DNA from: Mobula hypostoma
Taxonomy: Eukaryota
Reading direction: 5' to 3'
Assembly (NCBI RefSeq): GCF_963921235.1
Contig: NC_086108.1
Coordinates: forward strand, 76,696,001 to 76,760,000
Length of the DNA: 64,000 nt
Shown here piece after piece: positions 23,517 through 35,904 of this stretch. Each line of letters begins with the position of its first letter. The stretch's first letter is position 1. Under the pieces are notes generated by a model. It was given only the letters and a program-made list of their open reading frames with translations, was not told the origin of the DNA and searched no databases. The position numbers and the translations under genes are program-made.

Positions 23517-24075
23517 TACTTCATACTTTATACTTTATTGTCGAGAAACAATTGATACTAGAACGTACAATCATCACAGCGATATTTGTTTCTGCGCTTC
23601 CCACTCCCTGGATTACAAATATTAAATATTAAAAATAGTAAAAATTAGTAAATATTAAAAATTTAAATTATAAATCATAAATAGAAAATAGAAAAATGGA
23701 AAGTAAGGTAGTGCAAAAAAACCGAGAGGCAGGTCTGGATATTTGGAGGGTACAACCCAGATCCGGGTCGGGATCCGTTCAGCAGTCTTATCACAGTTGG
23801 AAAAAAACTGTTCCCAAATCTGGCGGTATGAGTCTTCAAGCTCCTGAGCCTTCTCCCGGAGGGAAGAGGGATGAAAAGTGTGTTGGCTGGGTGGGTCGTG
23901 TCCTTGATTATCCTGGCAGCACTGCTCCAACAGCGTGCGGTGTAAAGTGAGTCCACGGACAGAAGATTGGTTTGTATGATGTGCTGCGCCGTGTTCACGA
24001 TCTTCTGCAGCTTCTTTCGGTCTTGGACAGGACAACTTCCATACCAGGTTGTGATGCACCCTAGAAGAATGCTCC
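23517..24075 (-). mobile_element. Rex1/Babar-type LINE 3' end, relatively young (CpGs retained)
   Basis: AARIIKDTTHPANTLFIPLPSGRRLRSLKTHTARFGNSFFP; (ATAAAGT)n tail. Confidence 0.9.
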
Positions 24076-25315
24076 CTAGAAGAAGTAGGGGCTTGATTCT
24101 TAGTCCAGTTTAAGTTTCTGATATCAGTTATCATGAAGAATATCTTGTTTTGCTGACATTTGTGGCAATATCTCATTAATAATATAAAGAAAGATGAAAT
24201 GTGAAGTAACACTATATGGACAGAGTCATTTACTTCCTATCGCTATCTCGTACTTGGCAGCAAAGTTAATTTACCACTCAGAATATTTCTCTAGGACTTC
24301 TGGAATTTTGTTCTTTTGCTTCCATTGTTTCATTCCATAATCATTTCATCAGTAATAATCATTGGCCGTTTAGCTGCTGTGATTCCTATCAGGTAATTTT
24401 TTTCAACATTTTCTATTGGATAAACTGCAAAGATAACCTCATCATTATTGTGGACGGCCACCTGTGTTAGAGTTTATCTGCTGTTATGATCATGCTTACA
24501 GCTTTGTTGCTGTTTTTTCTTTAAAATCTTTTCTCTCACCATTGTGCAAGTTATTCTATAATGAATCCCAGATTCCTTCAGTTCACCAAGTCTGCATGTG
24601 TCTACAAGGCTCTTGACACATTATTTCTTGAGCAGATACCAGCTTAGCCACTGTTTCACTCAAACATCTCTGTAGCGGTCTATACTTTCTTCACATGACT
24701 TACATATAAGTGTATTTTCCTACCAAGCTTCATTAGGGTTCATGATAAGAACCACTGCACTCCTTAAGTGTCCTTCCTTTCTAAGTTCTGTATCTATCTC
24801 CTAATTCGTTTAACTTTCCTTAGTCATTCCCACTTAGCAGCTGCTGTTATTCAGGCAGAGATAATCCTCTCATAGCCACCTTGACATACTTGTATCTTAT
24901 AAGAAGCTTAGTCAGCAGGACATATAAGCATTTCTGGCAGCATGCAATGATGCATGTACTGTACATTATTCTCAGTGCACTTGTTTATATTTGTTTTTGG
25001 AGAAAAACAATAATCTCAATAATTGTCTATTGTCATGTTCTGATATCTGGTTTAATTCAATTGCATATATAATTATAATTAGTGGTCTCCTTGAGTTTTA
25101 ATAAGTTGAAGGAATATAATGTTAACAGCTGTCAGTCTACTGTAGTTTTTGCATTATGCAAACATAATTACATTTGCTCACAATGTTACTAAACTATTAG
25201 AAGTGCTAGAATTATATACTATATTGTTATCATTATTGTACTTTTTATATAAATACAAGACCGAAACAATCTTCCCAGCATTGAGGACATCTTCAAAAGA
25301 CGAAGCCTCAAATAG

Positions 25316-26110
25316 GTGGCATCTCCCTCTCCCTTTCTCTTCACCATTTACACCTCGGACTTCAACTACTGCACAGAGTCTTGTCATCTTCAGAAGTTTT
25401 CGGATGACTCTGCCATAGTTGGATGCGTCAGCAAGGGAGATGAGGCTGAGTACAGGGCTACGGTAGGAAACTTTGTCACATGGTGTGAGCAGAATTATCT
25501 GCAGCTTAATGTGAAAAAGACTAAGGAGCTGGTGGTAGACCTGAGGAGAGCTAAGGTACCGGTGACCCCTGTTTCCATCCAGTGGGTCAGTGTGGACATG
25601 GTGGAGGATTACAAATACCTGGGGATACGTATTGACAATAAACTGGACCGGTCTAAGAACACTAAGGCTGTCTACAAGAAGGGTCAGAGCCGTCTCTATT
25701 TCCTGAGGAGACTGAGGTCCTTTAACATCTGCCGGATGATGCTGAGGATGTTCTACGAGTCTGTGGTGGTCAGTGCTATCGTGTTTGCTGTTGTGTGCTG
25801 GGGCAGCAGGCTGAAGGTAGCAGACACCAACAGAATCAACAAACTCATTCATAAGGCCAGTGATGTTGTGGGGATGGAACTGGGCTCTCTCACGGTGGTG
25901 TCTGAAAAGAGGATGCTGTCTAAGTTGCATGCCATCTTGGTCAATGTCTCCCATCCACTACATAATGTACTGGGTGGGCACAGGAGTACATTCAGCCAGA
26001 GACTCATTCCTCCGAGATGCACCACAGAGCGTCATAGGAAGTCATTCCTGCCTGTGGCCATCAAACTTTACAACTCCTCCCTTGGAGGGTCAGACACCCT
26101 GAGCCGATAG
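25316..26110 (+). pseudogene. Rex/Babar reverse transcriptase C-terminal portion (open frame, lacks N-terminus)
   Basis: SPFLFTIYTSDF, QKFSDDSAIVG, LNVKKTKELVVD, YKYLGIRID, RLYFLRRLRSF and SFLPVAIKLYN. Confidence 0.92.
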
Positions 26111-26335
26111 GCTGGTCCTGGACTTATCTCATAATTTATTGGCATAATTTACATATTACTATTTAATTATTTATTACTATTTTCTATTACTATTCTATTA
26201 CTACTTATTATTTCTATGACTATTACTATTTACTATTTACTAATAGTAATATTACTATTACTATTTATTATTTATGGTGCAACTGTAACGAAAACCAATT
26301 TCCCCCGGGATCAATAAAGTATGACTATGACTATA
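25324..26335 (+). mobile_element. Young 5'-truncated Rex1/Babar LINE
   Basis: Uninterrupted RT C-terminal frame, TATTAC-rich 3'UTR (26150-26270), AATAAA and an (ATGACT)n tail. Confidence 0.93.
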
Positions 26336-29179
26336 ACACAGGCCATGCCCTGTTCTCATTGCTAGCATCAGGGAGGAGGTACAGAGACCTGAAGACACAT
26401 GCCCAATATTTTAGGATCATCTTCTTCCCCTGTACCATTAGATTTCTGAATGGACATTGAACCAACCCATGAACACTAGCTCACTATTTTTGCTCTTCTT
26501 TTACACTGAATTAATTATTTTTAAAGCTATATTTCTATTGTAATTTATAGTTTTTTTAATGTATTGCTCTGTACCATTGTTGCAAAACAGCAAATTCCAT
26601 GACATATATCAGTGATACTAAACATGATGCTTATTCTGATCTCCGTACGTTAATACTTTCTTGGCACCAATAATAGAATTTGTACCACGTCTCATAGCAG
26701 TGGACCATGAACAACACTCTAAAATTAAACATTGCCAGAAAACTCAGATACTTTGATTAAGTAATGCATCTATGGTTCACGAAATGTGGAAGTGTAATGC
26801 GCTGTGGTGGTTTCAGGTGTACTGGAAGAAAGTGCACTGTAAGTAAAATGCTGAAATCTGATTTCTCCCTCAGAAGATAGTCATGAATTATTACAAATTA
26901 CATGTCTGACCTTTATTTTATTAACAAATGTGTCTCAAGCTTAGTATTATGTATAAAGTTCAGTATCTGTTGCCATGTTTAATGACATCTGTTTTATTAT
27001 ACAGTAACTCTGCTAATAATTATCGTAAGTAGGTGAAATCAATGGTAAGCCTTAAAGGATTATAACGTTGAACTAGGGAAATCTGATAGTGATGATTCAG
27101 AAAATGACTTGAGGATTATGTCGTATATAAAAAATGCTACTGTTAAATTGGCCACAACTGATGTATTTAGTAATTTAATACCATTTATTTTCCTGTTTAT
27201 TGCTAAATATTTGAACAAGCTACAGAAGCATCGTGAAACATACTACTTGCTTATATTTTGGAAATGCTATATATTTTTCTCCAATGCACTGTGCGGTATA
27301 TGTAATAGAGGTCAAAAAGGCAAAGTTTCACCAAAGGGTGAATTAGCACTGGGACCAATATCTTAGGGTCAAATCTCTAACAACTAAAGTAACAGAGTTA
27401 GTGTCTTGCTCAGAGGTCTGTGCAAACAGCGCTAACTAAACCAATTAATGCCACCTAATCATCTCTGATAGACGGTGGCAAGTCCTTAATATTTTGTCAG
27501 GCCATGTGGCCTTGCCAGTAGGTTATTCTTCAAATGGCTAATGCTATAGCCCTAACTAAATTAACCTCTACTTGAATGGGGTGAAAGGGAGGTTGTTTGC
27601 TGGGTGACTGCACCTTAGGCCGAAGAAGAGAAAATAACATTGGGCTCAAATTTGATCAGGGACCGTTGTGTGTGCATGCGCAGTCACATTTACACCAAAT
27701 GTTGTCAATCACTTCAGTGCAAGTTGGTACATTGGCTCTTTAGAAACAAATAAGCCTATGCTATCTTGCTTTATAATCTATATAGAAAAAAATGAATTAT
27801 TAGCAAATCTTTGATGAAGAAGAAATTTATTTTGGTACATTGTGGGAATTAAGCCAATGGACACATCTGACAGAGCATAGGACTGTTTGGGTTTCCGGGG
27901 AGAAACCTTGCAGAATGTAATGATGAGATCCCATTTCACTGGTGACAAAGCCAGGCTCTTTGAGAAGCCATCCTCAATTAATTTGACGGGCAAACTGCAG
28001 GCCACTAATATGGCTTTCTGAATAGAAATGTAAAAATCAGGGTGGAATTGCCTGTAAATTGAAGATAATGATGGTGAGGTTCTCAAAATGCAGCAGCCTA
28101 GATTATTTTTGTGGATTCAAGTGGGATTGCTCTGAGGAATACAAATATAATTCAAGTCTTCCTCTTACTGGTCTTCCTTCTGCCCTCACCAGTGGAACTT
28201 GTTGGAACCTGGCATTTCCAACAATGATCGCCCTTCCTCCACACTTACCTTTTTGACGTCTGTGTTTAAGCCACTTCTGCTGATGAGTTTATCCATTGCT
28301 TTCTGCCTCAATGCTGAAGAGACTTGAGACACAACATTATGTGTGCCTCGGCAACCATTCATGAGCATAGTAGACTACTCCTTTTGACACAGCTTGCCGG
28401 TATTTAGGCATACTTGAATTTCTAGACTAGTTATTGTTCAAAGTTAAGACTTTTTGTATGCAGTTTTTCTGTATAATGTTAAAGTATGCTCTCACCTTTT
28501 CGACTCCTGGCTATCTAACAACTTGTAGGATTGATAGTTTTGAGGAGAACCATTCTTCAGTACAAGAAAGATGATATACAGTATCAATGCATAAGGTTAA
28601 CTTATTGGGCTGAAGAAGCAAACGCTATAATAATTGAGCATGTGGACAATATTAATAGGCGTTTCTCAATTGATAGTCTTTGAGAATCATGTAATGTTCA
28701 GAAAATTTTGCTTTTGAAGGCCACATCCATCAAATGAATTTACTTTGCTTTTAAATAGAAAATTGCTCTGTGATTTTATAGATAAATTAACTCATACCTT
28801 TTCAACTGCAGACCACCGACATTGCTTAATAGTCTGTGGGAAGTTCTCTCGGTATTTGCACTACATATATACTGTATTCTTAATTCACCCCCTCCCCGCC
28901 CTTTCCAAATCAGTATGATTCACATGATTGCACTTATGTCTTAATTTAATTTTGATTTTTTTTGTTTCTGATTCCCATGTGGAGGTCAAGTTATCAGTTT
29001 GAAATTAAGCAGTTTTCAATAGAAAATGAGGACTAAATAGGAAGAAGCAATTCAACAGAACAATTCAAATTGATTCAAGATGAAAGATCACAACAGACCA
29101 TATGTTTTATGTTTGTTTTGTCAGGGACTAAGAAGCATTATTCTTGATGCTGTAATTAAGTGAACATCAAACGTGTATT

Positions 29180-29230
29180 TTGGTTGTGTTACTCTGGATT
29201 TCCAGCATCTGCAGAATATCTTGTGTTTAA
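29180..29230 (+). mobile_element. PLE tail-only fragment
   Basis: gtgttactctggatttccagcatctgcagaatatcttgtgttt. Confidence 0.75.
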
Positions 29231-29559
29231 GATTGAGATCTAATATGTCTGATTGTGTGTGAAGACCAAACAATTTTTAATTTGATGAGAAGATGCTTAT
29301 AATTGCCTCAACGTGTTACTCTTGTTAGAAGTATGTAATAAAAGAAATAGTAACTTTTTCTCGAAGTGACCAGAGAAATTGCTGAGAAGAACCAGACCTT
29401 AAATAACCCAAACAAGTCAAAGTTATTTCAGCTAATTTGCACTGATATTCTTTGTGAGTTCCATGTCTACTGTTCTCACCTTAGCAACTCCTCATACCTG
29501 CCACAAGATATCTGTGTAATTATATGATATTGTTTTGCCAGAATATTCAAGTTTTGTGA

Positions 29560-29710
29560 TATGACTTTGTTCATTCTTGTACAAATTATGTGTAACTGAT
29601 GTTTAATTCATGTTGTTCTTGCGAACACTGTGTGCCTGTGATACTGCTGCAAGTACATGTTCTGTTACACCTGTCACAGATTGACTTGAGAATATTTCAA
29701 TAAACTTGGA
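29560..29710 (+). mobile_element. Rex/Babar-like 3'UTR remnant
   Basis: tgtgtgcctgtgatactgctgcaagt...acacctgt...caataaact, similar to 63110-63200. Confidence 0.55.
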
Positions 29711-29975
29711 CGATGACATTCCCCACTTTAGAGTAAACAATCTTGTCTCTAAATTTTAAGTATCTCTACATGCCATTGAAAGTCACATCCAATAGACATT
29801 GCTTGATCCTGAGTATGTCTGCAAAATTGCAGAAAGTAATATGTGATTCATTTACTGAACAATACAATTCTTACTGGTCATGAAACCTCTCGTATTACAA
29901 AGGGCACGGGTCATATACAGAGCTGTTAGAACGTAGTGTTACAATGAGCCGAACACTGCGTAAGCTGTTCACATC

Positions 29976-30478
29976 AATCAGAATCAGAATCAGAATCCTT
30001 TATTATCGCCAAGTATGTGGACACATACAGGGAACTTGATGTTGGTTTCCCTGAGCTCTCGCTGTACAGAATCAAAAAGCAAACAAAACAATAGTGCAAA
30101 TAATCGTGAACTATATTCAATGAGGTATACCTGTGTATGTACAGGTGGACTTGGTTTATAATAGACTAAAATTCAAGTGTTCATAAGACTGATGGCATAC
30201 GGAAAGAAACTGTTCTTGTACCTATTTGTCCTGGCATACAGTGATCTAAAGTGCCTACCAGAAGGAAGGAGTTGGAACAGGTGATGTCCAGGGTGTGATG
30301 GGTCTACAATGATGCTGCTTGCTCACTTCCTGACTCTAAATGCATAAGTCCTGGATCGAGGGCAGCTTCACACCAATAATCCTTTCCGCAGCCCTGATGG
30401 TTCTTTGGAGTCTATTCTTGTCTTGTTTGGTAGCTGATCCAAACCAGACAGTGATGGACCAACAGAGAACAGACTGTT
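29976..30478 (-). mobile_element. Rex/Babar-type LINE 3' end
   Basis: (CTGATT)n tail with AATAAA; minus-strand DPSHPGHHLFQLLPSGRHFRSL...YKNSFFP. Confidence 0.88.
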
Positions 30479-30654
30479 ATCAATAGCATAATCAAGTGGC
30501 AGATCTTTGCCTCACTTCCAGCACATTATTTATATGAGAACTGTATACTTTGTTTAATTTGGAGATACAAAAGTACAACTTTTGCTATTAGTGAATCTAA
30601 AAAACTGGAACTAATAATCCTATCAAATTTTTTTCTTACATTGATGATCCTAGT

Positions 30655-31330
30655 TATCCTAGCTGGAATCGTCTATTGTGTCCAGTGCTTCAGATGTGGC
30701 CCCCTCTACATTGGTGAGCCCCTTTGTAAATTGGAGGAAGGCTTTGACGAGCATCTCCACTCCATCCGCCAAAAGCGGAATTTCCCAGTGGCCAAATGTT
30801 TTAATTCTGATCCCCATTCCCATTCCGACATGTTGGTCCATGCATCCTCTTCAGGCCACCCTCAGGATGAAGGAGCAACACCTTATATTCTGTCTGGGTA
30901 GTCTCCAACCTGATGGCATGAACATCAATTTCTCCTTCTGGTTAAAAATAAATCCCACCCCATCGCCTCTTCCTCTACTCTCCACTCTGGCTTCTTACGT
31001 CTTCTTACCTGCCTATCATCTTCTCCTAGATCCTCACCTCCTTCCCTTTCTCCCATGATCCACTCTCCTCTCCTATCAGATCTTTCTTCTCCAGCCCTTT
31101 ATCTTTTCAAACCTCCTGTCTTCACTTATCACCTTCTAGCTGTCCTCCTTCCCCTCTCCCCACTTCTATATTCTGGCATCTTCTCCGTCCTTTTCAGTTC
31201 TGCAGAAGAGTCTTGGCCCAAAACATTGACTGTTTATTCATTTCCATAAATGCTGCCCAACCTGCTGAGTTCCTCCAGCATTTTGTGTGTGTTGCTTTGG
31301 ATTTCCAGCATCTGCTGACTTTCTCGTGCT
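30655..31330 (+). mobile_element. PLE 3' end: GIY-YIG endonuclease remnant, pLTR, degenerate hammerhead and tail
   Basis: IVYCVQCFRCGPLYIGE...F.EHLHSIR...PVAKCFNS, then KEQHLIFCLGSLQPDGMNINFS. Hammerhead relic at 31195-31232. This copy fixes the sense orientation of the pLTR and hammerhead. Confidence 0.92.
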
Positions 31331-32354
31331 GTTTGTGTTTTAAAAATGGTTTCCTTTGTAGCATCAATAAAGGCTGATTCTGTTATATTAAAAATGTGCA
31401 AACTTTACAGATAATCATGTGTTATTGTGTCATGAGCTACATGTGACCTGAATTCATAGCTGAATAATGTAATATAAGAAACTTTGGATGGAAAGAAAAA
31501 TCTGTTTTGCTCATAGGTCACTTATAAATGTCCTGCTGTCTTATACACCTTCTGTGGTTTCTTTTGCGGTCTTGTCTTTGATAAGGTATTTTTAATTTCT
31601 GGCAGTTGTAATTTAATATTTTTGTGGACTACCGTGGCTGTAGAGGGTGGAGTAAGCACTGGACTGTTAGATTTTACTTGCTACTATTTTGCTGCTACAT
31701 GTGAAATCAAGGAAAATTGTCTTCACAGCACCCCACTGCACTGAAAATGAACAGTTGCCTTCTTACCTTCCAGGGTAAATGTACCCTGAGGAGAAGCAGG
31801 TTGAGGGTCCAAAATAAATTTTGGGGTGTTAATCATCTGCATGCTTCACAGAACAGAGCTACATTGTCAGAGTTGACAGTGATACGTTTAACTAATTTGT
31901 CATCAGTGTCCTCATTTTAAGCCTTATATCTATGCTGTTCAACACAGTTTCTTAATATCAGCCTCAAAAGAGCTGTATTGACATGACCTAACACCTTGTA
32001 ACATGATAAAGCAGATCTGGGTGTGTTCCATGGCGTGTACTGTCGGCTTCAAATAGTTACTTCATTTACCTACTGTAAAGCTATGTGTGGAACAAACCCT
32101 TACTTGGTAAACAAATATCGTGCTGGCAGAACTAAGCATTGTATTATGAAATGTTCTGATAGCAGAACTGAAATATGTTATGAACTTATTATCAGACTTG
32201 AAGTAATTTTATAGCAATCGATCAAAAGTACAATGAAGTCACATAATATATCATAAATGTTCCAACATGGACCTTTCTCTGACTGCCTTAAAAACAGAAT
32301 TGTTTCTTAAGTGTAAACTCTGATTAGGGACCCACATTATGGTTATGGTCCTAA

Positions 32355-32660
32355 TAGAGTCATATAGTCATAGAGCAGTACAGCACAGAAACAGGTCCTT
32401 TGGCCTTGAAATCTGTACCAAACTGTTTTTCTGCCCAGTCCTACCTGTAGCCCTCCTATCCATATACTTATCTAAACAACACTCACAAAATGCTGGAGGA
32501 GTTCAGCAGGCCAAGCAGCATCTATGAAAAAAGAGTAAACTGTCAACATTTTGGGCCAAGACCCTTCATCAAGACTGGCTTCTCTTAAATGTTGCAATTG
32601 AACCTGCATCCACCACTTCTGCTGGAAGCTTGTTTCACACTCACACCATTGTCCAATCAA
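32355..32660 (-). mobile_element. CR1 3' end interrupted by a PLE fragment
   Basis: (catagagt)n-like tail and cagcacagaaacaggtcctttggcc; continues as cttctcttaaatgttgc...gcatccaccact after 32578. Confidence 0.8.
32477..32578 (-). mobile_element. PLE pLTR fragment from the hammerhead to the pLTR boundary, no tail
   Basis: caacactcacaaaatgctggagg...gggccaagacccttcatcaagactgg. Confidence 0.85.
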
Positions 32661-32979
32661 GGGAATTAGCTTTATCCATTCCGCACAGGTAGACCTATAT
32701 AATACTCCTGAATGGATGGTGTTCTTACTGGAAAATAACTACTAGTGCAATCTTGATCTGTAAACAGCAGCAACTATATAAATAGCTTTACTATAGGAAA
32801 ATGACCCAAGTTATAATCGAACAAAGTTTGACAATGAACCATATTAGGAAAGGTGATGAAAAACCTGTTTGAAGAATTAGCTTAAAAGAGGAAGTTATAC
32901 TTCCTTTACTTCCGATAATGTTTGTTCTCTCTTGCCCCTCAGTTTGTCACCTCAAGTGGCAGGTAGTCCACAAATTGAT

Positions 32980-33320
32980 TAAAACACAGAAGGAGGCCTT
33001 TCAGCCCAGCTGTCCATGCTAGCACCCTGCAAAGCAAATAGGATCAGACATTTCCACTCATTTTTCTTTCTATCCTGTAGTTTATTCTCTCTGAAATGGC
33101 ATCCCATTTGATTTTTTTTTACCATTTACTTACATGAAGGTATAATTTACTCTAAGTTACAGGGCATCTTTAAAAGGTGGGGTGGGGAGAGAGGGTCAGG
33201 TAACCAGAGCACCCAATTGAAATGGATGCTGGCAATGTGAGAGCATGCAAGTTCCACATAGCATGCGAGATAGGCATTAAGCTTAGATCTCTGAGTCTGT
33301 GAATGAGCAGTGCTTGCATC
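32980..33320 (-). mobile_element. Degraded V-SINE with a CR1-type tail
   Basis: cacagaaggaggcctttcagccc...; accagagcaccc...gagagcatgcaagttccaca. Confidence 0.5.
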
Positions 33321-33925
33321 ACTCTAGCTCGCCAACCTTTTCCTGAAACAGCGAAACTTGCTAATAATCATGAAGTTTTTTTGGAGGTCCAAGGACAGAA
33401 TGCATCACATTTTCTGGAGTCGAGGTTTTGAGAATAAAATCCAAAATGATTATTTGTTTCCACCCTGCTTTCCAAAACTCATGTCTTTACTCCTTAATTG
33501 GTGGTTTTCCATAAAATGCGTGTACCTCAAATTTTCTAGAGTATTTCTGAATCTATGCCTGTAACATGGAGATGCAGCAAGCTGGTGACAGCTGCTATGA
33601 AATATATTGGCTGAAAAAAAAATGAACAAAAACAGAATAAATGGTCACCATAATAATAAATTAGTGAACAATTCAACTTCCATTGTCAGCATCTAATATT
33701 CAATTTTACGTGACAAATAGAGATGCATGCACTGGATTATTACATACCATCCGAACATCAGTTTCCTCTTTTCTGGAACAAATCATTCTCAGTTAAATAG
33801 AGATAAAATTTGGTTAATGTCATTTGTATTGTACTTGCCTCGCTTCCATTCCCAAGTAAATGCCATATTATCCTTTGTGATACCAAAATTTGGGGCACTT
33901 GCGATTATTTGCCAATTTCCATTAT

Positions 33926-33937
33926 CCGCCAGGGGGC
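33926..33937 (+). promoter_or_regulatory. CTCF-like core motif within a hairpin
   Basis: CCGCCAGGGGGC matches the CTCF core consensus CC(A/G)(C/G)(C/T)AG(A/G)(G/T)GGC; a single motif with no occupancy data. Confidence 0.45.
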
Positions 33938-34809
33938 CTCTTCCATTATGGTGGATAATGGAGGTTCCAGGGTTATAAATAATAACAAATACCAAGGGAG
34001 CAGTTTAAAGCCAGTAATCTAATCCCGGATATTTGGATAACAGTTAGAAACCTCTTGAGCTTCACTCACATAGCTGATGACATCATCCAAACCTAGCGAT
34101 TAGATTACTGCCTTTTATAATCACTCCTAGTTACCCATTATTCTCTGTATATTGTGATAATTTAAAAATGATAATGGCATCAGAAAACATGCATTGCGTA
34201 ACCTCCTGCGGATTAATGCAGCCAGCAGATATTAGTTGTGAGTCCTCTCATGACATGACTGTACTCTCTGGTTACGGTTGCCAGTTTGCTTTCCCTGGCA
34301 GCCACAACTTAAGTGAAAAAAAACAAAGTTGTTATTTGTGCTCTTAGCTTGATTCAATTATGGCAAATATTTATATGGTCAGGTTACTACACCACACTGC
34401 CATTATAACAGGACAAGGTAAAAATTATGAAGAAAAATGTGAATGTTGGCTCCAGTCGGGTGCTGATAACAATCACTGATGTGGGGATAAATTGTTTCTG
34501 AGGTATTTGATTACAAAATGATGCACCCATTTACTTATCTCTTCATCTCTGGTCAACCACATTACACATCACGGGCAGGAAGACAGATGCCTTCTTCAGG
34601 GTCTATGCTTATTTCATATTATTTCCCAGGAATTTTATTTCTTGGCTACTCAATTCTTCTTAGATTCTTAAATGTTTTGAAACGGGATCAGGTAATATTG
34701 GAAATGTTCACATTGAAAGGTTAAAATTCTATGTTGTATTATAAGCGAAGTCAAGGAGACTGAAGTTTGTGCAACACCAGGAAAATTATTTTTAAAGATT
34801 TTTGTTTTT

Positions 34810-34900
34810 ATAAGACAAAAGGGACAGAAGGCGCTGAAATCTGGAAGAACTCAATGGGTCAAGCAGCATCTATGGAGGCAAAAGGTGTAAGTGGGTGTTT
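34810..34900 (-). mobile_element. Old PLE pLTR remnant
   Basis: ctggaagaactcaatgggtcaagcagcatctatggagg. Confidence 0.65.
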
Positions 34901-34914
34901 TGGGAGGTACGGAA

Positions 34915-35450
34915 AATTGTATGGACAGCACAGAAGGTCACTTGACCCATTGCATCTGTGGTAGCTGTCTACTCAAGTAATGTACAGGTTGAACTCCTAG
35001 CATCCTCTAATCAGACTTGCATAATTTTACTCCTCAAAATTGTATCCATTTCTCTTTTATGCATTCCCAATCCCAACCTCTGGCTGTGAAATAAAGGTTT
35101 CTTTTATTTTATACCCAAGGCTCTTTCTAGTGCTAGACCTCTCCACCTTTGGAACAGGTCCTTCTTATCCATTCCATCCAGATCCCTCATCATTTTATAT
35201 ACTTCCACTGAATATCCCTTAGCCTTGTCTTCTAAGACATCAGTTCTAGCTTCTCCATTCTTTCTTTGTAACTGTTGTCCCTTGGTCCAGGAACCATTGT
35301 TATAAACTTCTTCTGAACCTTCTCCAAAGCCTTAACCTCCTTTTTGCAATGAGGCAAGCAGAATTGAGCACAGTGTTCCAGCTGAAGCTAAAACAAGTTT
35401 TTTTTTTAAAGGTTCAGCATAATTTAACCTTCTTTTATACTCAGAGGATG
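34915..35450 (-). mobile_element. Degraded CR1 3' region
   Basis: cagcacagaaggtcacttgaccc tail region; ctgaaccttctccaaagcc...cagaattgagcacagtgttccag. Confidence 0.6.
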
Positions 35451-35904
35451 GGTATGGGCAGATGTGCAGTCGTGCATGGGCCTTGCTAGGAAAGATTAAA
35501 AGATTTATGGAGAACTACTATTTCTTGGTATGTTAATCCTGTTAATCCACTGGAGGAAATATTGCCGGACTGCTGTGAGACCTTGCAAGCCTCTTGGTGC
35601 ACAGTAATTTCCAACCATGACCACAATATCCAGAACTTACATGGCAGCAAGCAGAGCTTAAGTGACAGAGATTGAGTTTTTACTGTGGTACCCAGATGTT
35701 CGGTGGGACTGTTTGGTCTGCACTGAGAGATGCGACATACATCATCATGGTTGGGTTCTCAAGCATGCAAATATTGTTGGCTGCAACTTCCATCCTGAAA
35801 AGGAAATGCTCTAAGCTTTATGCAAAACCTTGTTCTAAGCTGGATCAGATCCCTCCATTTCCCTTGATAACGGATAACTGGTTTTCTGACAGATCTCCCA
35901 GTGC

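Larger units (their letters stand above)
25262..26640 (+). mobile_element. Older Rex/Babar 3' fragment (25262-25323 and 26336-26640) split by a younger Rex insertion
   Basis: cttcccagcattgaggacatcttc...ggcatc on the left continues as acaggccatgccctgttctcattgctagcatcagggaggaggtacag on the right. Confidence 0.75.

Noticed and set aside
25178..25954. 258-aa minus-strand ORF
   Set aside because: Antisense shadow of the Rex RT frame.
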